A stretch of 63,432 nucleotides of DNA, filler included, from Sluysia triapertura (lineage: Eukaryota), in the NCBI GenBank assembly GCA_046118255.1. It is 5 parts of 5 records of this genome, joined end to end, with 100 filler letters (N's around TTAATTAATTAA, not from the genome) between each part and the next. Parts side by side here need not be neighbours in the genome. Positions count along the whole stretch, not along the records: positions 11,775 to 25,195 come from JBJNIA010040911.1; positions 25,296 to 36,607 come from JBJNIA010186112.1; 3 more parts are not named here. One strand, 5' to 3'. Below, piece after piece: positions 13,191 to 25,629 of the stretch. Numbering within the stretch: the first letter of the stretch is position 1; each line of letters opens with the position of its first letter. Under the pieces are notes generated by a model. It saw only the letters and a program-made list of their open reading frames with translations, had not been told where the DNA came from and did not search any database. The translations under genes were made by a program, and so were the position numbers.

Positions 13191-13551
13191 AACCTTTAAT
13201 AGAAATAAAGTATTCCTATTTTTATTCCATTAATAGGCTGACTAAATAAATGTACCATGTAGATATGCAAGACTAGAAAATTTTGTGAGTTAATATTTAA
13301 TTTGTTGTATTCATTCAAATGTAAATTTATAAAAATGTAATTTTTTGTGATTGATTAATGATTCACGTATTAATTAGGTATAAATAGAAAAGTAGATTTC
13401 AATTATTGAGCGAAAATGCACAAGGGTGATCTTATGTTCAGAGGATTAAACAATTAAGTTTCATTGTACAAACGATAATTTTATTTTAGTTTTAGTACTA
13501 AAAAGCAGCATTAAATAATAATGAATCGAGTGTTTATTTTTATATTTTCAG

Positions 13552-13754
13552 GAATGAGCATTGCATTGTGTGGATCACTTGGAACAAATAATAAACATAC
13601 GGTGGGCTTATCTCTTGATGCTCATTTAGAGTGAATAAGTTGCATATATTTTATATTTTAGTACGGCTAATTTTTCAATCTTTAATAATATTTTTGATTT
13701 TTACAGTTTCTTAAAATCAAATGCAGCGGATGCCAATATTTTAATGCTTCATAA
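13552..13754 (+). CDS. Two putative terminal exons of an unidentified gene (13552-13601, 13707-13754): GMSIALCGSLGTNNKHT/FLKIKCSGCQYFNAS*
   Basis: Polypyrimidine-CAG acceptors at 13551 and 13706 and a GT donor at 13602. Phases are compatible, the frame ends in TAA, and there is a CxxC near the C-terminus. No family recognised. Confidence 0.4.
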
Positions 13755-13954
13755 AGTTTACTTATTTAAGAAAATAATGTATTTTAATACATTTGGTAGT
13801 TTGTTATTTCGTGTATTTAAAAATTTTTATGAATGAATATAAAAAGCAACTCAAAATTATCAATTTCGATTACCAATACTAACCAGTAGGTAGTTGTTAC
13901 AGTGTAAAAGTATAATCTTGTTCAGTCATTTTTATTCTGAATTAGTGTGCCCTT

Positions 13955-14900
13955 TGTGGTGGCCAATTTTTCACTTAGAATTTAAACCATTAAATATCAC
14001 ATTTTCTTACATCTTATATTCCACCTTTTGCATTCCAAAACATTTTAAAGTCACAATTTTACATCAAGACCATACATCCAAAATCATTAATACACATTTA
14101 AATTTCATTTAGGACATCAGAACATCAAACTATCAAATATGCACTTTAAAAATTTATTAAAAACATTCTTACACAGTTTCATACCAACATAAAATCATAT
14201 TTTTCAACATCGCACATTTACTTTTTAGAATGTACCAAAATCTAGACTATCATGTATCTTCTTCACATCCACTAAACCACTCTTTTCGATACATTTTCAA
14301 GTCGTAATCTTCTAATATTCAAACTTTACCCTATTCAAAACCATCAAATATGCATTTTAAACTAATCCAAAACATTTCAATTCCATAATTTCTCAACACT
14401 CAATCTTGTAGATCATTGAAAAATATTAAAGTCACATAAAATCAATCTAAGACATAGTAATCAAAAAATCACTAGCATTACAGTAAATAAAGATATTTCA
14501 AATGTGTTAAGAACTTTAAATATGTCTAGATATAAAAGAAATTTAAGAAAATTCGTGTTTATTAGAACATTTTGCAAGGTTTATGTATTTATAACAATAA
14601 TAATAATACTGTTATTATTATCATCATTTTAATTTTATTTTGGCGTACATGTTTATTAAATTAACAATTTGGTAGCTACCACTATCAATATTCATATGTA
14701 CAGTTTATTATCACTATTGACAGTGGTAGTGATGACAATTCATACATGTAGCAATTTTCGATGTTAATGAATATTTTGTTGACTGCCCAATTAAAAAGTG
14801 TTATTTATCTGACAATCGTGATTCACATATCTCATTTACGAACCAACAACATGTTTTCATTATGTTGGTAATAAAAAACGAATCCAACATAATTTATTAT
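13955..14900 (+). repeat. TGTGGTGG-headed hairpin module, full copy 1
   Basis: Starts TGTGGTGGCCAA, then ~550 nt C-rich/G-poor tract and the motif aatgtgttaag...agaaaattcgtgt. Inverted repeats at 14676-14690/14715-14729 and 14842-14848/14863-14869. Confidence 0.7.
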
Positions 14901-14962
14901 ATATAAGTCAATTCGAATTATGGTAATAGTTAATAAGATCAGAAATAATTGGGGGACTGATA

Positions 14963-15286
14963 ATGTCGAGTACTCCAGAGATTCCGTTCAGCAGCAATAT
15001 AACTACTAAAAAACTGTCTTTGAACGAGAGAGTCGTTCAATTTGATACTTTTGCTAATGAAATTCAAAGGACAAGACCGGGTCTAGATGATAAGTCAAGA
15101 TGCTTCAAGTCTGGTTGGTGTATCTATACCGTAACTCCAGGTGGACAATGCGCAAAGTATGGTCGTAATTGTATTTACGTGCATTCTCCAAGTGAACTCA
15201 AGGACAATCCCTCTTGGACCTCAAGTTTGACAAATCACGATAATCGAATTCGGCAACTTCTTTCAACAACAAATACCATAAACTAG
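14963..15286 (+). CDS. Small single-CCCH zinc-finger protein (107 aa)
   Basis: FKSGWCIYTVTPGGQCAKYGRNCIYVHSPSEL gives C-x9-C-x6-C-x3-H with a TIS11-like lead-in and H..SEL tail. ATG start, raised GC, and a TATA-like TATATATAAG at ~14898. Confidence 0.65.
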   Translation: MSSTPEIPFSSNITTKKLSLNERVVQFDTFANEIQRTRPGLDDKSRCFKSGWCIYTVTPGGQCAKYGRNCIYVHSPSELKDNPSWTSSLTNHDNRIRQLLSTTNTIN

Positions 15287-16859
15287 AAGTATTCATATTT
15301 TTTTATTATAACTCTCATTTTATTATTATAACCACGTTTTATTATTATTTAATATTTTTTAGGCATGTAAAAAACCAGATTTTTACAAAAGACTTTTAAA
15401 TTTATCTTGTAATAAAATTTTCAATTTGATTCGAATAGATGTCAAATGTGCTTTATATTATTTTATGAAAATTATTGTTGTGTCTTAATTGAATTAAAGA
15501 AAAAATTTCATAATTTTAATCATGGCCTTAAGAGTAAACAAAAAAATGTAACTTCTTATTTTTACTTAAAATCCCTACAATTTAAACTACAACACCCTCA
15601 TTAATTAAAACGTTGATGGTAAACGTATTTGCATTCAATCCGCCTAATTCATATGAATAAGCAACAATGGCAATAGTAATCATTTCATGTAACCATTAAT
15701 AAAAATAGAATGAGAACCTTAAACAATTTACATTAGAAAATTGGGTTTGAACAAGTGAAAATCACTTAAATTCTAAAAACTAATTTAAATTCACTGTTAT
15801 TGTATAGTGACAATATCAATTTTTATGAATGTTATTTTAATTTGAGAAGCAATTTAAATAAAAGTAGATCGAGTAAAGTAAAATAAAGTAATGGTTAACC
15901 ATTAATCAGTTTTCTGCGCTTTCTGACTAATAAAATTTGACAAGCCATGCCAAGTAATTATCGAACTTTTATGGTCGGTCTAATAGTCGAATGAGTTTCT
16001 AATTATTTGTGTAAGAGAATATTTGTAAAACTCAAGCATTATTAAATAATGAGAAAGTGTGAAAGGAATATTTAAAAATTTTGAAATAATTACAGATATT
16101 TTATTACACACTAAAATATTTATAAAATTAATTTTAATATTGAGTTGACGGTATAAATGTATGAGTGTGAAGATGATAAAATACTAAGAAATCGAATGCG
16201 AATTATTGGTTTTGTTAAAAACTTGAAAATTATATTGTTACATATTAAATAGTGTGAGGATTTTGAATCACCATAATCGACTTTAGGCGGAAAAGTATAA
16301 AGTAGATTCATTGTTTATGTCCCTCTGAAGAAAGAGTCAAAACATATATTTAATAAGATTAATAAGACTTTTCAACCACCCACATGGTTTGCAGAAGACA
16401 TCAATCAAATCGGGTGGAGAGAAACATGGAATTATGATGGAAACAGCTTAGCCAGTATTAATACATATCATCAATGTCTTTATCCTCAAACAACTACTGA
16501 TTACATAATCAGTGAGTATTCATGTGAAAATTCCTAATATATACTGGAAGATTGATCTTAACTTCGCAGTGAAATTTTTGATGATGTGGAATATAAGCAA
16601 ACTGTATAATTTACCGTTTAATATGAAAGTACATTGCATGCTTGAAGGCAACGAAAATAAGTCACGAGTAAAATTATCGGATTTTACGTGTATTTTGATA
16701 TAGTTTAACACTATATAAACTTATTAAAAATAGCTTACAATATCTTCCAAAGAAAATTAGTTTTCTTTTCTGAATGATTTTCTGTAATTGACGAATCAAA
16801 TGTAACGTTCCACTTAGAATAATTCTTTCGCGATTCCAAAAAATTCCTTCTTTAATTAA

Positions 16860-17030
16860 GATTTCTCCGTCCCAAATTAATTTTTCCAATCCAAATAAAT
16901 TCTCGAACAGTAACAATAAGTTTTCTCCTTCAGTTAATTTCGACCAAATCGATTTTCCAATTCCAAATATAAATTCTCGAACAAATTTCGACCAAATCGA
17001 TTATCCAATCTAAAATTCTCAACAAGGAGT
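16860..17030 (+). repeat. Degenerate tandem repeat (about three units)
   Basis: Recurrent ttcgaccaaatcgatt(t/a)tccaat...aaattctcgaaca. Confidence 0.7.
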
Positions 17031-17499
17031 CTCCGTCAAAGATTTTTAACAAAGTTTTTTATGTTTGAAAGATTTTGTAAGCTTATTTATATTACTTTTT
17101 TGAATGATAATTTAAAGATAAATTAAAGATTTTATTAGGTTAAATTTTTCAAAAAATTATTATCTTTAACTAAAAATTGTATTTTTGTAAATTTATTGAT
17201 TAAAGATTTTTTATCTAATATTCATTTGGTTTTATCAAGTTTTTAATTAGTTAGATTTTTCATTTTTCAATTAAAGTTTTTAATTAACTGATAAAGTTTT
17301 AATTAACTGAAATAATAAATTATTATTTTATATAAATTACAATTTTTTAATACCATTTTTAATATTTAATACGATTTTTAATATCTACAATACGATGCTG
17401 AAAAGAAATTATAGACACAAATTATCACGGTAGTTATTTATCGGAAAATATAAATAAAGACGTATATAAATAAAGATAAGTAAAAGATAAATAAACAAG

Positions 17500-18300
17500 C
17501 TAAGAAAGGAGCAGATTCGAAAAATTTAATACTTATTTTAACAATAAAATAGACTTTTATTATCATCTCGGATTGCTCAAGATTGTCAGTTGAACAAAGA
17601 AATATTACGAACAAAATTGTCAGTAGCTACAACAAATCCAGATTTAGTTGCTCCATTACTACCTTTAGAAGTAAGAGATTTTGTAGATTAATGGGAGAAG
17701 TGTTGTACAGGTACAAGTGTAAAAGGTTAGAGTACAATTAAACCCAGCTACCGAATGTACAAATGAGTTGCCTATATTATAGGGGAAAACCGAAACAAGA
17801 ATAATATTTCCGAGTAATAAAATCAAACCAAAATTAATGCACTGCTCAAGTGTTATGGCTCTAGAATATAGAATTGATGAAAACCTGTAGATTTCACTAC
17901 CTCACAGAACTCGAGGAAAGGAAAATTGAAATTTTTAACTACTATGAAGATATACAAGCAGACTGGCAAGAAATACTATTCCCAAGAAAAGCTCAAAAGT
18001 ACTAAGAGACATAGTAGACAAAGAAACACTTGAAAAATATGGAAGAATAAACTTCGAACTGCTATTAGGGCCAGATCATTTCAAGAAGGCCGCTTAAGGC
18101 AAATTTCGAGTAGTTTTTAGATTTAATGTCAAGCCTTCGGATGAGTTGGCATTTACATAATAATCAAGGTAATTGCATTAGTTATATCTCAGGTCTTTTC
18201 TGTTTTAGAAATTTCCAGAATCTCAGGATTTACCTGGAAATTGTTAATTGGTTGTTAATTTCTAACGCTTTTATCCAGCTAGTCCAACTTTAATGTTTTC
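17500..18300 (+). pseudogene. Second relic of the same chuvirus-like env (C-terminal half)
   Basis: YFNNKIDFYYHLG, QDCQLNKEILRTKLSVATTNPDLVAPLLPLE, LMGEVLYRYKC and TECTNELPIL. Nucleotide similarity to ~11130-11480. Confidence 0.8.
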
Positions 18301-18593
18301 GAATTTAATGTTTTTATATTTAGAACTTTATTAATTAGGATACAAAAGGTTAGTAGTTTATTAATTTGATTGAAATACATTAATTTATGAAAGAATTATT
18401 AAATTTATAAACATTAAAACACTTATAAAAGTGGACTTAGGGTCCTTAATCATATAAATTGAACAAGAACAATACAAAAAGTCCTTATATATTATACGAA
18501 TTGTCAAAATAACAATAATAAAACGAAAATAATAGATAAAATAATAAACAATGTTAATTTAATTATGTAAGAGACCATGTCCAACATAGAAAG

Positions 18594-18845
18594 TCAAGCT
18601 TCGGCAATCAGTGGCGTTTCCGACAACACAACATATAGGTTTTGATATATTTTCCGAGCGATTTCTTGCCTCACGAACAACCTAGTTACCAATTCTTCGA
18701 TACGATGAAACGCATCTGTACTAAAGCTCAAAAATTTAAATGGCTCTGAATAAAACGTGACCGTATGGTGTTCTCTAACCGACACCATGAACCTTCCAAA
18801 AGTTTGTTTCATTAAAATACTACTCTTGTCTTGCAAAACACTCAA
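18594..18845 (-). CDS. Orphan ORF or pseudogene (83 aa), function unknown
   Basis: Locally GC-richer open frame. The nearest upstream ATG is out of frame, and the first in-frame ATG is internal. Confidence 0.25.
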   Translation of the reverse strand: MSVLQDKSSILMKQTFGRFMVSVREHHTVTFYSEPFKFLSFSTDAFHRIEELVTRLFVRQEIARKIYQNLYVVLSETPLIAEA

Positions 18846-19227
18846 GAATATACTCTTTTAGTCATTAATTCACATGAATTCAAATTTAAAATTCTATGTA
18901 GTCTTTTTTTTTCATTTTTTTAAAGTCAGTACTGGTATCGACATAGGAATCCTATTAAGATTAATTAATTTAATGTTACGCGATGTGATTACACGTTTCA
19001 CAATTGTCAATGGACTTTAAATATCTGAAAATTTCGAAAAAAGAAACATGGAAATTCAGTATGTAATGCACTTTAAGAACGTTCATTATAATGTTTTAAA
19101 TAATCTTTCAAATTAAGCAATTTGCTGCATTTAACTTGATTATTTAACGTACAACAAATACAATCAACAGTTGTGCAAAACACTCCTCTGTCTGATTGAG
19201 AACAATTTTCAAAATTACTGATATCTC

Positions 19228-20400
19228 TGTAGTGGACGACCTTTATAACTATTAAAAATTAAAAAATTTTAAAAAGAAAAACTAATTAAACCCTCAACAC
19301 CTCAATATTTACACATTCACAAAACAGTTCTTTTCCTTAATCTAAGCTATATTCACAAACTTATAATAATTAAACCACAATTACATTTAATACCAACAAA
19401 TTTATCTGAAACATGTAAATTATCTACTTTACACCTTCGAATCAATTATAACATTTTAAATTAACTATTCGTCTATGAATAATCACCAACAACACAATAC
19501 AACACCATCAAAAACATCAAATAAACAAATCACATAAAACATTGTACAATAATATTTTAAATATACCAAGAGTTGTATTGTAGTTGCCCTTTTACATTCA
19601 CCAAACCATAATTTTCTCAATAGGTCTTTTATCCACGATCTTCCAATACTTACATGTTGTTCTCAATTATGAACTTTAATCACCATCTAAGAACTTATTC
19701 TAACATTCTCTATTTCATTTCACTACTTAAATCATTACTTAACTACACTTATCAATTCACTTAAAGCAATTAAACTCAGAAACTTTACTTCCGAACACAT
19801 TTTAAATTTATTGCATTTAATTTTATCATTTTCTATTTCAATTCATTTTAAAATATGTTAAGAGATTTAAGGAAAACGATAGGAAGATCGTGCACGGTTT
19901 TAAAGAATTCAAGTTCATGCAATGCAATAACAACAATAACTCTAACATCGTGAATCTTATTATTGTTGTTATTGCATTCAATCTCATCAATTTTTATTTC
20001 ATTTTAATTTATAATATGTTGAGAAGAAAGTACTAAAAGAAAGAAAGCTCATGTAAAATTATTATAAGAAACTTATTCATTTTTCTTTTCCTTGTTAATA
20101 ATAATAATAACAATATTGTTATTTTTAATATTATTATTATCAAATTATCATTTTATTTTTATAAAAATTTATTAACTAAATTTATGTATTATAATTTGTT
20201 ACTAACATCACCAGTGTTGCAATTGCTCATCACAATCATCTTTATTATTGTGTCAACACTGATGATGGTCAATTATTATCCTTTACCAATTCATCAAAAT
20301 TCCACTTACATAACTGTCATCCAATCAGGTCTAATTTCATTAAACAATACTCTAGAGAATCCTGATTGGATGACCAACCACGGTCATAATCTAAAAAGTA
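19228..20400 (+). repeat. TGTGGTGG-headed hairpin module, full copy 2 (TGTAGTGG variant)
   Basis: C-rich tract ~19280-19830. The motif aatatgttaag...ggaagatcgtg occurs twice (~19853, ~20013). Inverted repeats at 19921-19939/19960-19978 (19/19), 20206-20219/20254-20267 (13/14) and 20316-20329/20361-20374 (14/14). Confidence 0.75.
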
Positions 20401-20545
20401 AATTGCTAAAAATAAAACATTACAATTATTCAATAAAACTTTTAATTGTTGGAGTGTTTATTGATCAGAATTTCGTACATTGTTGTTGATATTATAGTAT
20501 TTTACGTTTTATATTATATTAATTGTAAGAATTTTTTTAATTAAA

Positions 20546-21760
20546 ATGTTTCAATCCAAATATGGAGATCAATTATTGGAATCTAAGTTACAAGTACTAT
20601 TTACAAATTATCCATATCCAACTAATGATGAAGTACTATCTTATGCTCCTAGTTCATTTCAATGAAATGATTGCGATATTTTTTATGAAAAACTGCCATT
20701 GTTAGGAGATTTAGGATTTAAATTTTCTCATATTAGGAAAAAGACAATCCTGATGACAATCAAAATTGCTCTATGATCAATCTCAAATCATTATTCCTAT
20801 CACAGTAATCTCTCTTTATGTCGTTTCTAAAGATTATATAACATTAAAGTTATTAATATCTTATCCGGATAAAATTGATGAAATTAAGATCGAGCCGACA
20901 TTAATAAATCAACATCGACGACAACCGAAGATTATCTATGAAAACATTGCTGTTAATTCTTCATATTTACTATTAGATGTTATTTTAGAGTTATGCAAAA
21001 ATTTGGTATCTACTTTAAGCTTAAAGATATGTGATTCAACTCTATGGTTTAGATCACGACCTATAAAAGGATTGAACGGAACCAAATCAATAAATGCTAT
21101 CAATTCTAAATTGCAAAATTATTTAATAATTTATATAGTACAAACAAAATGCTTAGCAGATTTCATCGTTTTGTCTATAATTTCTAAAGAGTCCGATTTC
21201 GTATTATCGTTAATTTTAGTAAATCAGGATGATAAATTCAATAAATTAAAGTTTATTTTGGTTCGAAACATATAATATTCAGAAGATTGTCGTTTGTAAT
21301 AGTTTATATGCTTTGATTCATTTAGTTAAATTCACCAGAAAGATTCAACAAATTAAAGTTGTTAGTATAACTGATATTCGAAGTAGTATAAATGAAGAAT
21401 ATATTCCTGATCTCTTAGTTAATCTTACTCTTAATTTTATGTCAAATATTAATCCTCAAGATCCTTCATTCGATTTAACCATTTTACAACCAAATTTCAG
21501 ATTTCAAATACTTTGTATTGTTCCAATTGAACTCACTGATACAGAAACGTTTCACATCTATATGAGAAAGTACAATGATGTCGAGCTTCCTCAAAGTAAA
21601 TACGACCACGACTATGGCGAAATTACATTTGTAGTAAATTTTTATTTTTTCCATTCTTTTATTTAAATATTTTATTTAAAAAATCTTTTATTTAAATATT
21701 TTACCTTTTTAGACTGTAAATGCGGCACAAGATCTCATGAGTTGGATGCAGTCATGAAAA
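20546..21760 (+). pseudogene. Disrupted orphan gene, possibly with a degenerate RRM-like C-terminus and a short terminal intron
   Basis: ATG at 20546, then co-oriented ORF pieces 20766-21275 and 21313-21666. A GT..AG at ~21631-21712 could join HDYGEITF to TVNAAQDLMSWMQS*. Confidence 0.35.
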
Positions 21761-22499
21761 TAATACACTTGAACATATTATTGAACAAAAATTTAAAAAT
21801 TACTTATTGTTATTTTAATTTTTTTTATAAAATAATAAAATTTTGTTTTTGTGTATTTTTTAAACACGTTTAGACAATGAAATATTAAGAAATAATTGTA
21901 ATTTTAAAAAAGAATCTTACAAAATAAAAGATAGTATTAAGAATTACGAACATGCTAGTTCAAAAGCACTCAATAATAACTTTAATAACAATAAATTCAT
22001 CAAATTTCACTACTGCAATTTTATATCGTGTAGTAGACCATCATCAAACAGATGTAAAGACCTTATCATAATTTCATTAATTTTTTATAGAGCAAAACCA
22101 CCTAATCATTTTCAGGCCATACAACTCATTTTTCCCAAAAAACTTAATTATAAAGATTACAATAGTAACCATATAAATTATTATCATATTTTATATATCA
22201 TTTTTATTTTAATATACTTACAATTTATTGAATTTTTTGTTTATTGTATATAAAGTAAGGGCCACTCGGTTGAAAAATATGTGCAAATTTCAGTTTAATT
22301 GTAAAGGCTTATTAAGGATACCGTTTTTTCAATACAGTAGTAAAATACCACTTAATATATAATTGTTAATTTTATAAAAGAAAAGAAAAAATACAAAATT
22401 TATATATTGTCCAGAGCTTCTACGCAAAAGATACGATTACATTCATTTTTACTTTAATATTTGTAAATACCTCCGATTAATTTCTTCTTGATTGCTACT

Positions 22500-23010
22500 T
22501 ACAACTTAGCCCTTAAGTGAATAAGACTAACATTGTAAGGGACTAGAAAAAAACATTAAACTTAAAGACAAAAATCTTGCATAACCAATAAATAATTTAA
22601 TAATTAATTTAATTATTTATTATTTCTAAATAATTCATTATAAAAATGCGATATTTTATTTTTAACAACTCGAGTCTAAGAAAATTATTAGAGGTACAAC
22701 CCACTCATATGCAGTTTCCGATTTTGAAATTAAATTATATTGTTCATAGCATTAAGTAATTAAGTAAATATCTTCAGATTTAAAATAATACAAAGTCCAC
22801 GAGTAGTTAATATGTTTCTTAATATCTTCCTTCTGGACATAAATTGTTGATTATTGATGGACTAAGACAATTTATTATTTTGTAAGTTAATTTAGAAATA
22901 GAAAACACTTGCAAAAACTATCTATTCCATATGAAACAACTACAATTTTTTAAAAATATTTCGTTTTTATGTATCTAGTTTTAGAGAATTTTTGTTCTGC
23001 AACATTTGAT
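22500..23010 (-). mobile_element. Possible highly decayed LTR-retrotransposon integrase fragment
   Basis: Faint ordered motifs: DSFCK, NNQQFMS, KHILTT, LNAMNN...SETAYE. Confidence 0.25.
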
Positions 23011-23232
23011 AAACAAATTTAGTATTCTAAAAATAAAATACATTTTCAAAATTGAAGAGAAATAATTAGATATTTTTAAATAAAATTTAATTTAAAATTA
23101 TAATTTTAATTTATATTTTTTAATTGCACATTTGTAATGTGAATTAAAACATGCATTTTCCCAACATTTTATTTTGAAATGAATTATGAAATTACGTCGA
23201 AACCTTTGGTTTCAGTAATTAATGTTTTATAT

Positions 23233-23302
<70 letters not shown>

Positions 23303-23317
23303 GTAATAATAATAATA
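23233..23317 (+). repeat. Compound microsatellite (AAC)n(AAT)n
   Basis: Directly visible. Confidence 0.95.
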
Positions 23318-25108
23318 AATCAATTTAATATCTACTCAAAATAGCTTAGTGATTGTTATATTATAAATTTACATCCAATTCTGTAGTTAGTTTAACTTAT
23401 TTATGTATTTCAAAAATGGAGTCCATGTTTTACATAATATTATTTGAAGTAAGTTCTGATTTAAGTCATTACTTTTCGAATAGCACTTTATCTCTTTCAA
23501 AATGAATTAGATCAAATTCTGACTATTTGAATATCATTATCAAAAATAGCATATTTAAAATATATTTATTTTAAATATATTTTATAAATCAAAAATAAAA
23601 TGATGTATATCTTAAGTAAATTGATTTAACTTATTGATTACTGAAATTTAATATCTAATATCTATTATGAAGTTAAATTTCAATATTTAATTTGACACAC
23701 CTTGATAAACATATTTAACACAATTAATAGTACTAATTCATCTTATGAAATATTCTGGATAAATGAACAGTTCATGTATATTAATCAAAATGATTTATGT
23801 AAAATAATATATTTATTTATACTTGCAAGTTTTTTATCTTTATACTTGCAAGTTTTTTACCTTTTCTTACCTAACTCGCAAAATAATACAATTCAATATT
23901 ATGGTTCACATATAGTCAAAGCTTTATAAAACGTCGCTTGAGAATTTTCTAATAATATTAATCTTGGTGAGGGTCTTTGCTTCACATTCTATACTTTATT
24001 ATATCTTGATGCTATAATTTGTTTAAATATTTTTTTCTTTCTTATATTTAATCCTTATGAATGAAAAAGAACTCCACATTTGTAATTGTCTGTACCAATA
24101 TGTAAATGATTCTTCTACTGTCCTCGAAATAATAAATCTTAATCACCCAATAATATTAATAACAGTTTAGCTAAAAACAAAATTTATCTATTGAGATTTA
24201 GTTCTGATTGTAAAACTTTTGATTTTAAGATTATTTTCTAACTAGATTTAATATATCTCAAAAATAAAATGTCAGTTTATATCTAATTTCATCCCTTAAC
24301 TTAATTAAGGGTACAACTTATCAAATATAACTCACGATATCAAATGATTTAATTAAAACTGGAACACAACGATAATTTTAATTTAAACCGGAACGTCTTT
24401 AATCAGAGTCAGAACATTTTTGATTCAAGCAATAATTATCCCAAATCAACAAAATATCGTAAATCATACTTATTTTCTGTTTTTTATTGTACCTGCTTTA
24501 GACGTTTTCGCTACTTACACACTACTGTGTATTTAGCTTTCCTTTTAAAGATAAATTTAAATTCCTGAATTCAATTTAAATTCAAATGATTTTTTATTTC
24601 ATTTCGACAATCACTTATTTACAATTTTAATTTTATTTTCAAGATTTAAATGAATTTTATTTAATTAATTTAATTTTCATTTTCACAATAAATAAATTAT
24701 TTATTCTATGCAATAATATACTTAGATATTTAAAATTTCGATAATATTGTAAAGTTATTTATTATTTTATTGCTTAAAATTTAGTTATATGCTTTAATAT
24801 TTAATTATTTTTAATTGTTTGATTTTAATTTGCGCAGTTAAGTTGATTTGATATTTGATACTGGAATTATAATCTGGTTCTCTATTAAATGCTAAATTTA
24901 ATATGAGGTCGAATTCACATAGATATGATAACAAGTTATAATCTAAACTTTATTTATCAAAATTACATAAAATTACTAAACGAATTTAAATTTGTCACAT
25001 AAAAATTTCGCTAGATTTGACCGGAAATTTAAAATATTTTATAATGTAAAATACTGCACTGACTCTAAAATCCAAAATTAATGTCTTACAAACATTTATA
25101 AACTAATA

Positions 25109-25195
25109 CTCCCTCTGCCCGAAAATAAGAGTCCCATTTCTAAATATTAGGTTTTTTTATTGATTTAAATGGTATGAAGGGATCAAGTTTTCATT
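25109..25195 (+). mobile_element. Terminus of a Stowaway-like (Tc1/mariner-group) MITE, cut by the spacer
   Basis: TA-CTCCCTCTGCCCGAAAATAAGAGTCCCATTT resembles the CTCCCTCCGT-type TIR after a TA target. Confidence 0.5.
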
Positions 25196-25295
25196 NNNNN
25201 NNNNNNNNNNNNNNNNNNNNNNNNNNNNNNNNNNNNNNNTTAATTAATTAANNNNNNNNNNNNNNNNNNNNNNNNNNNNNNNNNNNNNNNNNNNN
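25196..25295. other. Artificial spacer
   Basis: N44-TTAATTAATTAA-N44. Confidence 0.97.
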
Positions 25296-25629
25296 AGTAA
25301 AAAGTATGACTGTTGGGAAGATTGCATTTTAATGAAATTTGATTTATAGATATTAGGTTTAGTAGTTTGATTAGGTTTGAATTATGAATGTTGACCACTA
25401 CAAATGCGTATACTTTTCGACTATCATTCGTTTTTAATTGAAGTAAAGTTGGCAAACATATATATGAATTAACAGTTGTCTGAAGCTAATTTTTACAAAA
25501 GATAATACTAATATGCCAAATATTCACTTATAAAAATCAATATTCCAATTTCTATTATTAAAAAGGTGGATCACACAATAAAAATTAAATTCTTTTATAA
25601 AATTATGTTTTGCACACCAACTGTGTATT

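Noticed and set aside
16320-16703. C-type-lectin-like exon (WRETWNYDG...C...C)
   Set aside because: The motif match is weak, the frame is interrupted and there are no convincing splice sites.
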